DNA of 64,000 nucleotides from the human T2T-CHM13v2.0 reference genome, Homo sapiens (GCF_009914755.1 NC_060937.1), one strand, 5' to 3'. Shown: positions 1 to 13,900, counted from the first letter of the stretch. Translations and numbers: made by a program. Notes: generated by a model from the sequence alone, not told the origin.

Positions 1-78
1 GTTTTATTAGCATTACATATTGTGTGCTTTTTTATTTTTTGTATTTATCCATTTCCCTTGATCACCATTTTTTTCTAG

Positions 79-79
<1 letters not shown>

Positions 80-129
<50 letters not shown>

Positions 130-186
130 TATATATATACACACACATATATATACACATATATATATACACATACACACACATAT
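80..186. repeat. (TA)n/(CA)n compound microsatellite, probably grown from the tail of the adjacent minus-strand L1
   Basis: Dinucleotide runs seen directly, abutting an L1 3' end. Confidence 0.95.
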
Positions 187-420
187 CATTATACTTTAAG
201 TTCTGGGATACATGTGCAGAACATGCAGGTTTGTTACATACATATACACGTGCCATGATGGTTTGCTGCACCCATCAACCCATCATCTACATTAGGTATT
301 TCTCCTAATGCTCTCCCTCCCCTAGTCCCTGACCCCCTGACAGGCTCTGGTGTGTGATGTTCCCCACCCTGTGTCCATGTGTTCTCATTGTTCAACTCCC
401 ACTTATGAGTGAGAACATGC
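187..420 (-). mobile_element. 5'-truncated L1PA (about L1PA8-10) 3'UTR fragment
   Basis: ttatactttaagttctggg...cccacttatgagtgagaacatgc is the reverse complement of an L1PA 3' end; degenerate TSD caccat(a)ttttttc at ~63 and ~424. Confidence 0.9.
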
Positions 421-519
421 AAACACCATATTTTTTCAAACCATATTAGATTAAGATTTTAAATAGTGTCAGTTAAAGTAAATGGCTTGGATATAAGATT
501 TTCCTTAATGATATAACAG

Positions 520-1585
520 CTAAAATATGTACAATGACTGCAGGCATTGGAAGGCAACCAATGTGGATTACGGTCTTTGAAAGCAGGAAACACAGAAAGT
601 TAAGATCACACATAGCTTTCCCCCAAGAGCATTTACCAATTACTAAGCTGCTACATAGAACCCAAGATGAATGTCAATTTCACTAGGCAGGGGAGACAGA
701 GATTAGAGCTTAACGGGGTTGACATGGTTGAATCAAGAGGCAGGATTCCACAAAGAAGGAGCCATAAAGTGTCCCCAAAATTTTTCTTGGGTTTTTGGCC
801 AACTGCTGAGATTTGTATACATAAGAAGAGATTCTAGAAGGCCAAGCATAGAATAGCAGCTAGAAGCTGGAGATCATGGAAGAAATCACAGAGGCTACAC
901 ATTATTAGGAAGATAGATAGAAGATGACACTGGTTCCAGCTGTAGTGGAGACAATTTGATGAATAGTGAGATTTAGCTAGAGATTCCAGTAGAAACACAT
1001 TGTAAGGGTAAGACCTAGTTCCTAGGAGTAAGGGTCAGACCTAGTTCCTAGGAGTAAGGGTCATGTCTCTTCTAGGTGTAAGAGGAAAGCTGAAATAATG
1101 TACCTTTAAAGAGCCTGAAACTAACCCTTGAAAAAATTAAGATGCACCTGGCTGGATGCAATGGCTCACACCTGCAATCCCAGCACTTTGGGAGGCTGAG
1201 GTGGGCAGATCATTTCAGTCCAGGAGTTCGAGACCAGGGTGGGCAACATGGCAAAACATCATCTCTGCAAAAAATACAGTAATTAGTGGGGTGGTGTGTG
1301 AGCCTGTAGCCTCAGCTACTCAGGAGGCTGAGAGGCAGGAGGACCATTGAGCCTGGGAGGTCAAGACTGCAGTGAGCAGTGATCACACCACTGCACTCCA
1401 GCCTGGGTGACAGAACAAGACCTTGTCTAAAAAAATAAATACATAAATAAATAAAAGATGTGCCTGAATTTAAGGACTTGCCAGAGAATAATTAACAATC
1501 TTTGAGGGAAGATAGTACAATTCAGATAATCTTTAATGTATCTTCCACATCTTCCACCGTAGGCATATAAAAAAATAAATAAAGA
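520..1585 (+). mobile_element. Ancient L1M 5' region relic, interrupted by AluJ; appears to resume at ~9540
   Basis: Purine-rich L1M-like composition; ORF1-like sequence continues after the nested L1PA15-like element. Confidence 0.4.
1150..1456 (+). mobile_element. AluJ
   Basis: Dimeric Alu with A-rich tail; TSD aagatgcacctg / aagatgtgcctg. Confidence 0.95.
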
Positions 1586-3767
1586 TGAGCTCCTTTCAAG
1601 GTGACTGACTAGAAGCAGCTGGTGTGTGCTGCTCTCACAAAGAGAAGAAAGAGTGGTGAGTGGACCATCCAGGTGGACACATTGGGATTCATCAAGGAAA
1701 CAATACACAGAAAACAGAAGAATGAGACAGGACAATCATTCACCCAGAAGTGGCATAGAGCCGGGAGATGGCCCTCACCATGGTTAGTAAGTGAGAGTCC
1801 CCAGGGAGTCACATTTCTGCCACAGACCTTTGCAACCCTGGGCCCAGGCGATCCCCCATGACACCCGTGCCCCACCAGGGCCTCTGGACTGACATAGACA
1901 GCTACATGGAGTGTGGGCAGAACTGCCGCTCAGGCACACATGAAATCCTTGGAGCTTTTCATCCCCAGGCACCCTGGTACCAATGGCTGCAGCTGCGGCA
2001 ATGGGGGAGGACAGGCTCTCTTGCATGTCCTCAGAATAGGAACACAATCCATGGGGCTAAGCAGTGGGTGGACTGTGGGGCTCTTCTACACAGCCCGTTG
2101 CCAGACTGGCCTGGGATCCTAGCATGGTCACAAAAGTCCCACCTGGGCTCTTGAGGAACAGATCTGTACTTCCCTGGCATGGAACTCCTGGAGGGGACGG
2201 GCAGGCTGCTGTTTTTGCTGCTCCACAGCCCTCACTCCTGTTGCCCTCAGTCTTGGGAGTGAGCACAGTGATTGGGGACTAACATAGACCCCCAGCACAG
2301 TGTACAGACTTGCAGAAAAGCAGCCAGACTCTTTTCCACATGGGTCCTCACCCCTGCTACTCTTCACTGGGCAGCACCTCTTGACCTTGGCCCCCAGCAC
2401 AACCAACCCGCCCCCACATGAACGCTTTGTCAGTGATGGCTCTGTGTTTCTCTGAGGAGAAAAATCCAAAAGACAATCCATAAGCCTTCTGCTATTGCAG
2501 CTGCAGTGGTATGGCCCTTACTACCTTCAGGCTGGGGAAAGAACGAAGGACTTGGTCCTTACACTGGCCCCTCCAGCACACCATCGCCACCATATGGAGA
2601 AGAGCCCAGTCTCTCTTCCCCGTAAGCCCCCACTCACCACTGTTCACCAGGCAAGGCCCCTAGTTGGGGACAGCAGAGCAGCTGTCCTACCCCCGGATGA
2701 GAATTCCCACTGCTATTGGCTCTATATTTTCCTGAGGTGGGCCTCCCAGAAGCAATTGACATCCCCTCTGTCACTGTCATGGCAGCAGTTCTGCCCTTAC
2801 TGCACTCAGACTGGGGAAAGAACAAACAGCCTGAGGTCTTCACTCACACTCCTAGCACAACACAGTCATGATATGGAGAGGAGCCCAGTTGTTCCTCCTG
2901 GTGAGCCCTTGACCTCCTACTTTTCATCAAGTGAAGCCTCCAGCTTGGGCTAGCAGCGTAGCCACCCCACCCACTGGCTGAACATTCTCAGTAGCAATGG
3001 CTTGCGTTTCTCTGAAGTAGGGCTCCCAGGGACAACGGAAAGCACCTCTCCCACTGCCACTGCAGCGGTACTGCCTTGCTGCCCTTGGACTGGGGAAGGG
3101 GCAGAGACCTTGAGTGCTTAACCCACATGTCCAGGAAGTGACAGCTGCCCTAAGGAGAGGAGGCCAGTCTGTCTCCTCTGTGAGACCCCTGCCACCCTTG
3201 CGCATCACCAGGCAGGGCCTCCAGACATGGGTTCACAATGTAGCTGCCCCAATCCCAAGCCCATCTCTCCAATTAGTAGTGGCTCTGCATTTCTCTAGGG
3301 TGGAGCCCCAAGAGACAAGTGAAAGGCCCTCTGCCACAGCAACTGCCAAGGTCCCTTCCCCTGTTGCCTTCAAGCTGGGGAGGGAAAATAAAGCCTTAGC
3401 TCGCCCCTAGCAGCAGTGTGCAGCCCAGGAGTGCCAAGGCCAGACCTTTAGCCAGCACTGGAGTGGGAAAGGGAGCCCACATTTTCAGAGCACTGAGAGG
3501 GAGCATGGCTGCAATCATGAAGAAATACAGAGGAGCCACGTGGTGGAGCAAGAGCCCACCTACTGGCCATTACACTTCAGTGCCATCTACTGGATCATAG
3601 CCCAAACTCCAACTCCAAAAATGCTTGCTAATATACCCCCCTCTGTGAAAACAACGACAAGATTTCAACAACAAAGACCCTGCACAAAACCTCGGCCCTC
3701 AAAAAACATTCAAAAAAGGAGTCTGCACTCAATTACACCACAGTTAAAGGAGCATCAGCCCACACAG

Positions 3768-4760
3768 ATGAGAAAAAACTGGTGCAAGAGCTCTAACAAC
3801 TAAACTACAGTGTTTTCTTTCCTCCAAATAACTGTACTAGTTCCCAAGGAAGGGTTCTTAACCAGGCAGAAAGGGTGGAAATGACAGAGAGAGAATTCAA
3901 AATATGGATAGGAATAAAGGTCATCAAGATTCAGGAGAAAGTCAAAACCCAATCCAAGGAATCTAACAATTACAATAAAACAATACAGGAGTTGAAAGAC
4001 AAAATGGCCATTATAAGAAAGAACCAAACTGATCTGATAGAGCTAAAAAACACACTAAAGAATTCCTTAATGTAATTGCAAGTATTAACAGCAGAATAGA
4101 CCAAGCTGAAGAAAGAATCTCAGAGCTCACAGGCAACATCTCTGAACTCAGTCAGACAAAAATAAGAATAAAGAAGAATGAACAAAACCTCCGAGAAATA
4201 TGGGATTATGTAGAGACCAAATCTATGACTCATTGGCATCCTTGAAAGAGAGGAGGAGAAAGCAAGCAACTTGGAAAACATATTTCAGGATATCATCTAT
4301 GAAGACTTCCCCAACATCGCTATGGAGAACAACATTCAAAATCAGGAAATGCAGAAAATCCCTGTGAGATTCTATATAAGAAGACCATCCACGAGCCACA
4401 TGGTCGTCAGATTCTTCAAGGCCAAAACAAAAGAAAAAATGTTAAAGGAAGCTAGAGAGAAGAGGCAGATCACCTACAAAGGAAACCTCATTAGGCTAAC
4501 AGCAGATCATTCAGCAGAAATCCCACAAGCCAGAAGAGATTAGGAGTGTGTATTCAGCATTATTAAGGAAAAGAAATTTCAACCAAGAATCTCATATCTA
4601 GCCAAACTTAGTTTCATTAGTGAAGGAGAAATAAGATCCTATTCAGACAAGCAAATGCTAAGGGAATTCAGTACCACCAGACATGCTCTATAAGAGATCC
4701 TGAAGCAAGTGCCAAATATAGAACAGAAAGACTGTTACTGACCACTGCAAAAGCACACTA
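3768..4760 (+). pseudogene. L1 ORF1p remnant (stops and frameshifts)
   Basis: ORFs 3875-4075 and 4271-4543 resemble L1 ORF1p. Confidence 0.85.
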
Positions 4761-4937
4761 AAAACGTAGACCATTGACACTGTAAAGCAACCACACAAAT
4801 AAAGCTGCATAATAACCAGCTAACAGCACAATGACAGGATCAAATCAGCAAATACCAATATTAACCTTGAAAGTGAAGGGGCTAAGTGCCCCAATGAAAA
4901 GTCACAGAGTGGCAAGTTGGATAAAGAGCAAGACCCT

Positions 4938-5182
4938 GGCCAGGCAGGTGACTCATGCCTGTAATCTCAGCACTTTGGGAAGCTGACACAGGTGAATCAA
5001 GAATTCAAGACCAGTCTGGCCAACATGGTGAAACCCCATCTCTATTAAAATACAAAAATTAGCCCTGGACATGGTGGTGCTCATCTATAGTCCCAGGTAC
5101 TAGGGAGGCTGAGGCGGGCGGATCAGTTGAACCCAGGAGGCAGAGGTTGCAGTGAGCTGAGATCATGCCACTGCGCTTCAGC

Positions 5183-5216
<34 letters not shown>
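4938..5216 (+). mobile_element. AluS-like element nested in L1 ORF2; left-arm deletion and missing 3' end, A32 tail
   Basis: Alu arms visible; degenerate TSD agcaagaccc / agcatgatcc. Confidence 0.93.
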
Positions 5217-5217
<1 letters not shown>

Positions 5218-8201
5218 CATGATCCAACTGTATGCTGTCTTCAACAGACTTATCTCACATGGATCCATAGGCTTAAAGTAAAGGGATGAAGAAAAATCTA
5301 CCAAGCCAATGGAAAACAGAAAATAGCTGGGGTTGACAGTCGAATTTCAGTCAAAACAGACTTTAAACCAACAATGATCAAGAAAGACAAAGGAAGACAT
5401 TACATAATAGTAAAGGGTTCAATACAACAGAAAGATGTTACTATTGTAAATATATATGCATCCAACACAGGAGAATCCAGATTCATAAAGCAAGTTCTTA
5501 GAGACCTATGAAGAGATGTAGATAACTGGACAATAATAGTAGTAGACTTCAACACCCCACAGACAGTATTACACAGATCACTGAGGCAGAAAACTCACAA
5601 AAATATCCAGGATTCAAACTCAACATTGACCAAATGGACTCAATACACATCTGTAGAACTCTCCACCAAACAACACCAGAATATATATTCTACTCATCTG
5701 CACAGAGCACACACTGCAAAAGAGAAAACACAATTAGCCATAAAATAATCCTCAGGAAATCAAAAACAAACAAACAAAAACAAAATCATACAAATCACAC
5801 TCTCAAACCACAGCACAATAAAAATAGAAATTATTACTTAAAAAACCCTCAAAACCATAAAATTACATGGAAATTTTTAAAAGCCCTGCTTTTGAATGAC
5901 CTTTGTATAAACAATAAAGTCAAAGCAGAAATCAAGAAATTTTTTGAAGTTAAGAATAAAGATACAACATACCAGAATCTCTGAGACACAGTAAAAACAG
6001 CGTTAAGAGGGGTGTTTATACTGCTAAATGCCACATCAAAAAGTTAGAAAGACCTCCAATTAATAATCTCACAGCACACTTAGAAGAACTAGAGAAATCA
6101 GAGCAAGCAACCTCAAAGCTAGCAGAAGACAAGGATTAACAAAAATCAAAGCTGAATGGAAGGATATTGAGAAGCAGAAAACTGTACAAAAGTTCAACAA
6201 ATATAAGAATTGATCCTTTGAAGGAATAGATTAGATAGATAGACCCCTAGTCAGAATAATAAAGAAAAAAGGGGGAAGATCCAAATAAACAAAATCAGAA
6301 ATGACAAAGGTGAACACTACCACTAACCCTACAAAAATACAAAAAGCCCCTAGAAACTACTGTGAACACCTAAATGCACACGACATAGAAAACCTAGAAG
6401 AAACTGATAAATTCCTGAAAACATACAACTTCCCAATATTGCACCAAGAAGAAATTAAAACCCTGAACAGACCAATAATGAGTTCTGAAATTTAATCAGT
6501 AATAAAAAGCCTACCAACCAGAAAAATCCCAGGACCAGATGGATTCACAGATGAATTCTACCAGACATATTAAGAAGACCTGGTATAATCCCTACTGTGA
6601 ATATTCCAAAACATTTAGGAGGAAGAATTCCTCTCTAATTCATTCTATGAGCCCAGCATCCTTCTGATACCAAAACTTGGCAGACAAACAACAATAAAGA
6701 AAACTACAAGCCAATATTCCTGATGAACAAAGATGTAAAAATCCTCAACAAAATATTAGCAAACTGAATTCAGCAGCACATTGAAAAGCTAAATGACCAC
6801 AATCTCTTAAGCTTTATTCTTGGGAGGCAAGAATTGGTTCCATAGAGGCAAATCAATCAATGTAATTCATTATATAAACAAAACTAGAAACAAAAATCAC
6901 ATGATCATCTCAATAGATGCAGAAAGGGCTTTTGATAAAATTCAATGTCCCTTCATGTTAAAAACTCTCAACAAAGTAAGCATCAAAGGCACATACTCAA
7001 ATAATAAGAGCCATTTATGAAAAATTCACAGCCAACATCATCCAGAATGGGCAAAAGCTGGAAGCATTCCCCTTGAAAACTAAAACAAGACAAGAATGCC
7101 CTCTCTTATTATTTTTATTAAACATACTACTGGAAGTCCTAAGCAGAATAATTGGCCAAAAGAAAAGAAAAAAAAGCATCCAAATGGGATAATAGAAAGT
7201 CAAATAATCCCCTTTTGCAGACGATATGATTCTATACCTAGAAAACCAAATAGTCCCTACCCAAAACCTCCTTGATTTGATAAACAATTTCAGCAATGTT
7301 TCAGAATTCAAAATTAGTGTTCAAAAAGTAGCATTCCTATATAGCAACAATATCCAAGCTGAGAGCCAAATCAAGAACACAATCGCATTCACAATGGCCA
7401 TAAAAACAATAAAATACCCAGGAATATAGCTACGCAGGGAGGTGAAACGTGTTTACAATGAGAATTACAAAACACTGCTCAAATAAATCAGAGATGATGC
7501 AAACAAATGGAAAATCCCCCCATGCTTATGGATAAGAAGCATCAATATTGTTAAAATGGCCATAATGTCCAGAGCAATTTACAGACTCAATGCTTTTCCT
7601 ATCAAACTACTAATGACATTTTTCACAGAACTAGAAAAAAAAAACTATTTTAAAATTCATGTAGAACCAAAAAAGATCCCAAATAGCAGGCAATAGTAAG
7701 CAAAAAGAAAAATGCTAGAAGCATCCTGTTACCCAACTTTAAACTATACTACAAGGCTACAGTAACCAAACATCATGGGTTTGGTACAAAAATAGAAATG
7801 TAAATCAATGGAACAGAATAGAGAGCTCAGAAATAATGCCACACGCCTACAACCATTTAGATTACCTTTGACAAAGCTGACAAAAACAAGCAATGGGGAA
7901 CGGAGTCCCTATGCGATAAATGGTGTGGGATAACTGACTAGCCATATGCAGAAGATTGAAACTGGATCCCTTCCTTACACCATATACACAAATCAATTCA
8001 AGATGGATTGAAGACTTAAATGTAAAACATAAGACTATTAAGATGCTGGAAGATAATCTAGGAAATAGCATTCTGGGCATAGGCCCTAGCAAAGATTTCA
8101 TGACAAAGATACAAAAAGCAATTGTAAAAACAACAACAAAAAACGGACACATGAGACCTAATTAAAGAGTTTCAGCACAGCAAAAGAAACTACCAACAGA
8201 A

Positions 8202-8583
8202 TGATATGATTTGACTCTGTGTCCCCACCCAATTCTCATGTCAAATTATAGTTTTCTCAGTGTTGGAGGAGGGGCCTGGTGGGAGGTGATTGGATCATAG
8301 GGGCAAACATCCCCCTTGCTGTTCTCATGACAGTGAGTTCTTATGAGATCTGGTGGTTTAAAAGTGTGTGGCACTTACCCCTTCACTCTCTTCTTCCTGC
8401 TTCTGTCATGTAAGATGTGTCTTCTTCCTCTTCACTTTCCACCATGATTGTAAGTTTCCTGAGACCTCCCCAGCCATGTTTCCTGTACAGCCTGCAGAAC
8501 AATAAGTCAATTAAACCTCTTTTCTTTATAAATTACTCAGTCTCAGGTAGTTCTTTATAGCAACACAAGGATAGACAAATACA
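8202..8583 (+). mobile_element. MSTA-like MaLR solo LTR nested in L1 ORF2
   Basis: tgatatgatttgactctgtgtccccaccc...aataca; TG...CA ends; degenerate 5-bp TSD cagaa/tagag; L1 resumes afterwards. Confidence 0.9.
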
Positions 8584-9539
8584 TAGAGTAAACACACAAC
8601 CTGTAGAATGGTGAAAAATATTTGCAAACTATGCATTCAAAAAAGGTGTAATATCTAGAATCAATAAGAAACTTAAACAAATTAACAAGCAAAAAACAAC
8701 CCCATTAAAGAGTGGGCAAAGACACTACTCAAAAGAAGACATACATGTGACCAACAAGCATATAAAAAATTCTTAATGTCACTAATCATTAGAGAAATGC
8801 AAATCAAAACCACAGTGAGATACCATCTCACACCTGTCAGAAGGACTATTATTAAAAAGTCAAAAAATAACAGTTGCAGCTAAGGTTGTGGAGAAAAGGG
8901 AGCACTTACACACTGTTGCTGGGAACATAAATTAGTTTAGCCATTGCAGAAAGCAGTTCAGAGATCTCTCAAAGAACTTAACACAGAATGAATGACCAGT
9001 TGATCCAACAATTCCATTATTGGGTATGTACTGAAAGGAATATAAATCATTCCACCATAAAGACACATTTATGCATATGTTCACTGCAGCACTAATTACA
9101 ATTGCAAAGACATGGAATCAACCTAGATGACCATTAATAGTGCACTGGATAAAGAAAAAGTGATAAATATACACCATGGAATAGTATGCAGTTATAAAAA
9201 AGCATGAAATCATGTCTTTTTCAGAAACATGTATGCTGCAGGAGACCATTATCTTAAGCAAACTAAAGTAGAAACAGAGAACAAAATACCACGTTCTCAT
9301 TTATAAATGGAAGCTAACCGTTCAGAACACATGGACACAAGGAAGAGAATGTTAGACAACAAGGCCTACTTAAGTGACGACAGTGAGAGTGGGGAAAGGA
9401 TTGAAAAACTGCCTATTGGGTACTATGCTTATTACCTGGGTGACAAAATAATCTATACCTCAAAACTTCATGACATGCTATTTACCTAGATAACAAACCT
9501 GTTCATGTACCCTTGAACCTAAAATAAAAGTTTAAAATA

Positions 9540-10715
9540 ATCCTGAAAGTAGGTAACTAAAGTTTAGAGAAAAACTATAAAGGAGATCAAGAGATAATCT
9601 AGTTAATGGAACTGAAATAAAAAGTATTCAAAATAACTCCACTTATATATTATAAAATTTAAAATATTAAAATATTAAATATTTAATAAAAATAACATTA
9701 AAATATTAATATTTAATAAAAATAGCATTAAAATATTAATATTATTTAATAAAAATAACATTAAAATATTAATATTATTTAATAAAAATAACATTAAAAT
9801 ATTAATATTATTTAATAAAAATAACATTAAAATAATATTAAAATTTTAATACTAATTTAATATTAAAATTAAAATTAAAAATTTTTAATATTAAAAATTA
9901 GGTACAACAGAATAAAGAATTAGTGACCCCAAAGATAAGTCAATAAAAATTTTACATACTGAAGCAGGGAAGAAAACAGTAACATAAAGTAAGAGATATT
10001 TGGAACATGATAAAATAGTTTGAATTATAGTTATTGCTCAGAAAGAGAGACGAGCATGGAATAGGAACAATATTTGATAAAGTATTTGTCTAGAATTTTT
10101 CAAATCAGATAAAATTATCAATTCATGTTTATAAAGCGCAGCGAAACTCATTTGGACACATATAAAGATGACCACATCTAGATATGTCCTAGTCAAATTG
10201 CTGAATATCAAAGACAAAGGGAAACATTTTAAAGCAGTTAGAAAATCATAGTATCTTCAAAGGAAAATCAAGACTGATGTTTAAATTTTTGTCAAAAACG
10301 ATGGAAGCTGGAAGATAAGTGAATGATATCTTTAAAATATTAAAAGTAAATATAAACCCCTCAAAATCTATACTCTGTGAAAATATCCTTCAAAATGAAA
10401 AACATATTCTTTTATTTATTCTATCATATTCTTTTAGCATATAATAGAGACAGTCATATGCTAAGGGAATTCACAACTTGCAGATCTTCTCTAAAGTGAA
10501 TACTAAAGGACTAAAACAAAGGAATCCCAGGTGAAAGTACGGATGTGTGTAGGTATATGTAAATCAATACTAGGGAAAAAATACATGTAGTATCAGATTC
10601 ATAAAATGTATAGTAAAATACAAGACAATGGGATGCTGAAAAATAGTACTAAATTGCTTTTGCATTTGGGGGAAAGTGGTAAAATACTGAAATTAGATAA
10701 TAATAAATCAAGATT
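9540..10715 (+). mobile_element. Ancient L1M ORF1-region relic
   Basis: aaagaattagtgac..., cacatctagatatgtcctagtcaaattgctgaa..., atatccttcaaaatgaa resemble old L1 ORF1. Confidence 0.65.
9645..9900. repeat. AT-rich ~33-bp minisatellite / low-complexity tract
   Basis: Unit ataaaaataacattaaaatattaatattattta repeated about 4-5 times. Confidence 0.9.
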
Positions 10716-10716
10716 T

Positions 10717-11260
10717 CATTTTTTCTTATTTTGAGTTAACACGTAATATTGTACATATTTGTAGGATACAGAGTGATGTTTTGATGCATGTGTGCAATGT
10801 GTAATAATCAACTCAGAGTAGTAAGAATGTCCAGCACTTCAAACATTCAAAGTTCTCTCTTCCTGCTATTGGAAAATATGGTAGATTATGGTTAACTATA
10901 GTCACCCTACAGTGCTATGGCACACTGGAACTTTCTCTCCATCTAGACAATTTTGTGTCTGTTAACCAACTTCTAGCTATCTTCTCCTCCCTACCATTCC
11001 AAGCCTCTAATACTAAACAATTCTACCCTCTACTTTTATAAGCTGAGCTTCTTTAAGCTCTCACATATAAGTGAGAACAGGTGATATTTATCTTTCTGTG
11101 CCTGACTTATTTCACTGAACATAATGCCCCCCGAGGCTCACCCATGTTGCTGTGAATAACAAGATTTCCTTCATTTTTAGGCTTAATGGTATCCCACTGT
11201 GTATATAACACATTTTCTTTATCCATTTCTGTGTTGATGCTCACAGGTCGATTCTATTAA
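10717..11260 (-). mobile_element. L1MA (about L1MA4-6) 3' end
   Basis: gtacatatttgtaggatac..., gttaactatagtcaccctac, cacatataagtgagaac match the reverse L1MA 3'UTR. Confidence 0.85.
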
Positions 11261-11856
11261 TGATTTTCAATGATTAATTTTTAAATCTCTGTGATAGCCA
11301 TATACACAAAAAATAAAAAGTTACAATTAAGAAGCAAGAAAACAATGGTGCCTTGCATGTTGATATTTTTCTTTTTCTCCAACTGCTTATTGCCACCATC
11401 TTTAATGTTTACCTCAACAGATTATTATGATGTGTTCCCAGTAGATATGCCTCATATTCACAAAAGGTATCTGGATTTTAGCATCTGCTGTCTTAGCATC
11501 TCTCCAAAGTATAACCATCATTTGTAGTGTTTGGAGTATGCTTCTCCAAGGTCCGTGAAGTTCCATTCTACTAGCACAAAATGAACAGTGAAGTTGTTGT
11601 CTCATAGGAACCACTGCTACTGAACAGATAGTTATGTCTGGAATTTCAACATACTAAATAAACCTGTGTTTCCACATAGAGGTGGGTAACGTTGCTCAAG
11701 TTACTCTCCACGTAAGCAGAACATATGTCTCAATGACAATCCACTCTCCCTTTAAAAAAAATGAAAACAGAGCTATTAGTTTTAACTTGCATACTCTTCT
11801 CTTTCTAGGACTCATGCAAATGCACAGGGTATATTGGTATGAAAACACATCAGATA

Positions 11857-12020
11857 GAGTGGTTTTAAACCAGGAGCAATTTTACCCCTAGGATATTGTT
11901 ACCGGAATCAAATGTGTAGAGGCCAGGAATTCTGCTAAGCATTCTACAATGCACAGGACAGCTTCCCTCAACAAAGTGTTACTGGTCCAAAATGTTAATA
12001 GTGCCCAAGTTGAGAAACTA
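11857..12020 (+). mobile_element. MER20 (hAT-Charlie), internally deleted
   Basis: gtagaggccagg...ctacaatgcacaggacagc...aaaatgttaatagtgcccaagttgagaaac. Confidence 0.85.
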
Positions 12021-13581
12021 TAATTACAACAATATCATGTTTTACCGTGAAATCCTTCTGGTCTAGGCTTCAGTGGATTAGCTCCACTCTTAGAGGTGGC
12101 TTTGGATTAGTTCCAATCTTAGAGGTTCATCATTCTCTTAATACAAAGACATATCTAAATGAGCCCTTCACACTAGGATTTAACTACTTCTGCTTTATCA
12201 CCTGTAAGTATAAAAATATCTATACATTTTACTTATGCTTAGCAGCATTGTCATTGAGATATCCTTGTTAAATATACTATGTGAAATTAATACAATATAA
12301 TAATTCAGCTAAAATTGTGTGCCCTTTCAACAAGCACTTATACTTCTTTTTGTCTATAAGCAATGGTTGATTAATTAAATTTAAGTAACATTTTGTTGAA
12401 AAACTATAATTCATTTCCAGCTATCTAAATCAATGTTTCAAAAAAGAGTAAGAAAAGTTGATAATAGGAAAACAATAGGGTGTAGTAGGTTAGTGTGCAG
12501 AATTATGGAGGGCAATAGACACTCTACATGACCTTGGAAAACTTTGTTTACACTCTGAATTATTATTTCTTTTTTGTAAAGTAAAACTATCTATTCCTTA
12601 CAGCAGAGTAGGGATGGAGTTGTCTTTTAAAATAATCATTTCATAATAAAGGGACAATAAAAGCACAAGATCCCTGTGAGGAAATTTCAATTTCAGTTAT
12701 CTTCAGTTGCCAGGATGAGCAAGAGGCTCACTCTTAACCCAAGGCAACTTTGAGTCATGAACTATTAGGCTTATGTGAGACGTTTACTTTTGGGATTTGA
12801 TTATTCTTTGTGTATATTCTCTTTTTTCGTCTATTTCCAACTGTTTTTCTCATTTACTCTTTATCCATCCTATAACTCTTATTCACTGCTAGTTTAAACT
12901 TTTACCTTGCTTTGGATTATATACAACATAACATAGGTTTTCCAGTTTTTCTCATGACTGTTGAGCTACTGATCTCAGTATGAACTCTTTTTCTCTCTTA
13001 ATAGTTTATGGTTCAACAATTTTCGAGACAAATAAATGTCACTATTCCAGCTTATATTTTAGCAAAATGTAGCATCACTGGTGACTGGCTAGTGTTTGAC
13101 TGAATGTCATTGAGTCACAAATCCACAATTGAGCCATCCAGCAGAGGCCTGGGTGTGGGTAGGTGGGAAGATATGCTCATAGAACACCATTGTCTTCTCT
13201 GGCTGCCACTTGAGTGGGAAGTGGGGGGTTGTGGGTTATTGGTAGGATCACATTTTCTTGGAATTGTCTTATTAGGTATCTTTGATTATTCACAGGTATC
13301 TGGAATGACTGTTAAATGAAGTAATCTATTAAGTTATAAGTCCAGCCATACTAGTCACCCAATCAATGTTCTTTTTTTCTTATTCTTATTACTATTATCA
13401 TGATGATAATAATTGTTACTGGATACATATTTTATTAAAAGCTATTATAAAAATACTTATTATGACAAATGTGTAGTTTCTTATAAAGGAGTTGGCATTT
13501 TCTTTAATGCCTAAGAATGAACTTAAGAGTACATTTTATATCCTCATGTATTTTATACCCATTGCAAATTAGAAAACTTAA

Positions 13582-13900
<319 letters not shown>

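Larger units (their letters stand above)
4831..9310 (+). pseudogene. L1 ORF2p (endonuclease/reverse transcriptase) remnant
   Basis: Starts atgacaggatcaaat (MTGSN); FADD-coding tttgcagacgat at ~7215; many stops. Confidence 0.88.
1587..9538 (+). mobile_element. Near full-length old primate L1 (L1PA15-like), dead, with nested Alu and MSTA
   Basis: ~2.2-kb GC-rich 5'UTR, ORF1 remnants (MENIFQDII..., TYKGNLIRLTAD), ORF2 remnants ([28 protein letters not shown]), 3'UTR ending gaacctaaaataaaagtt. Confidence 0.92.

Noticed and set aside
24-308. YI/HT-repeat ORFs (also at 46693 and 41413)
   Set aside because: Translations of dinucleotide microsatellites
1609-3803. Many 60-150 aa ORFs
   Set aside because: GC-rich L1 5'UTR sequence with no domain similarity
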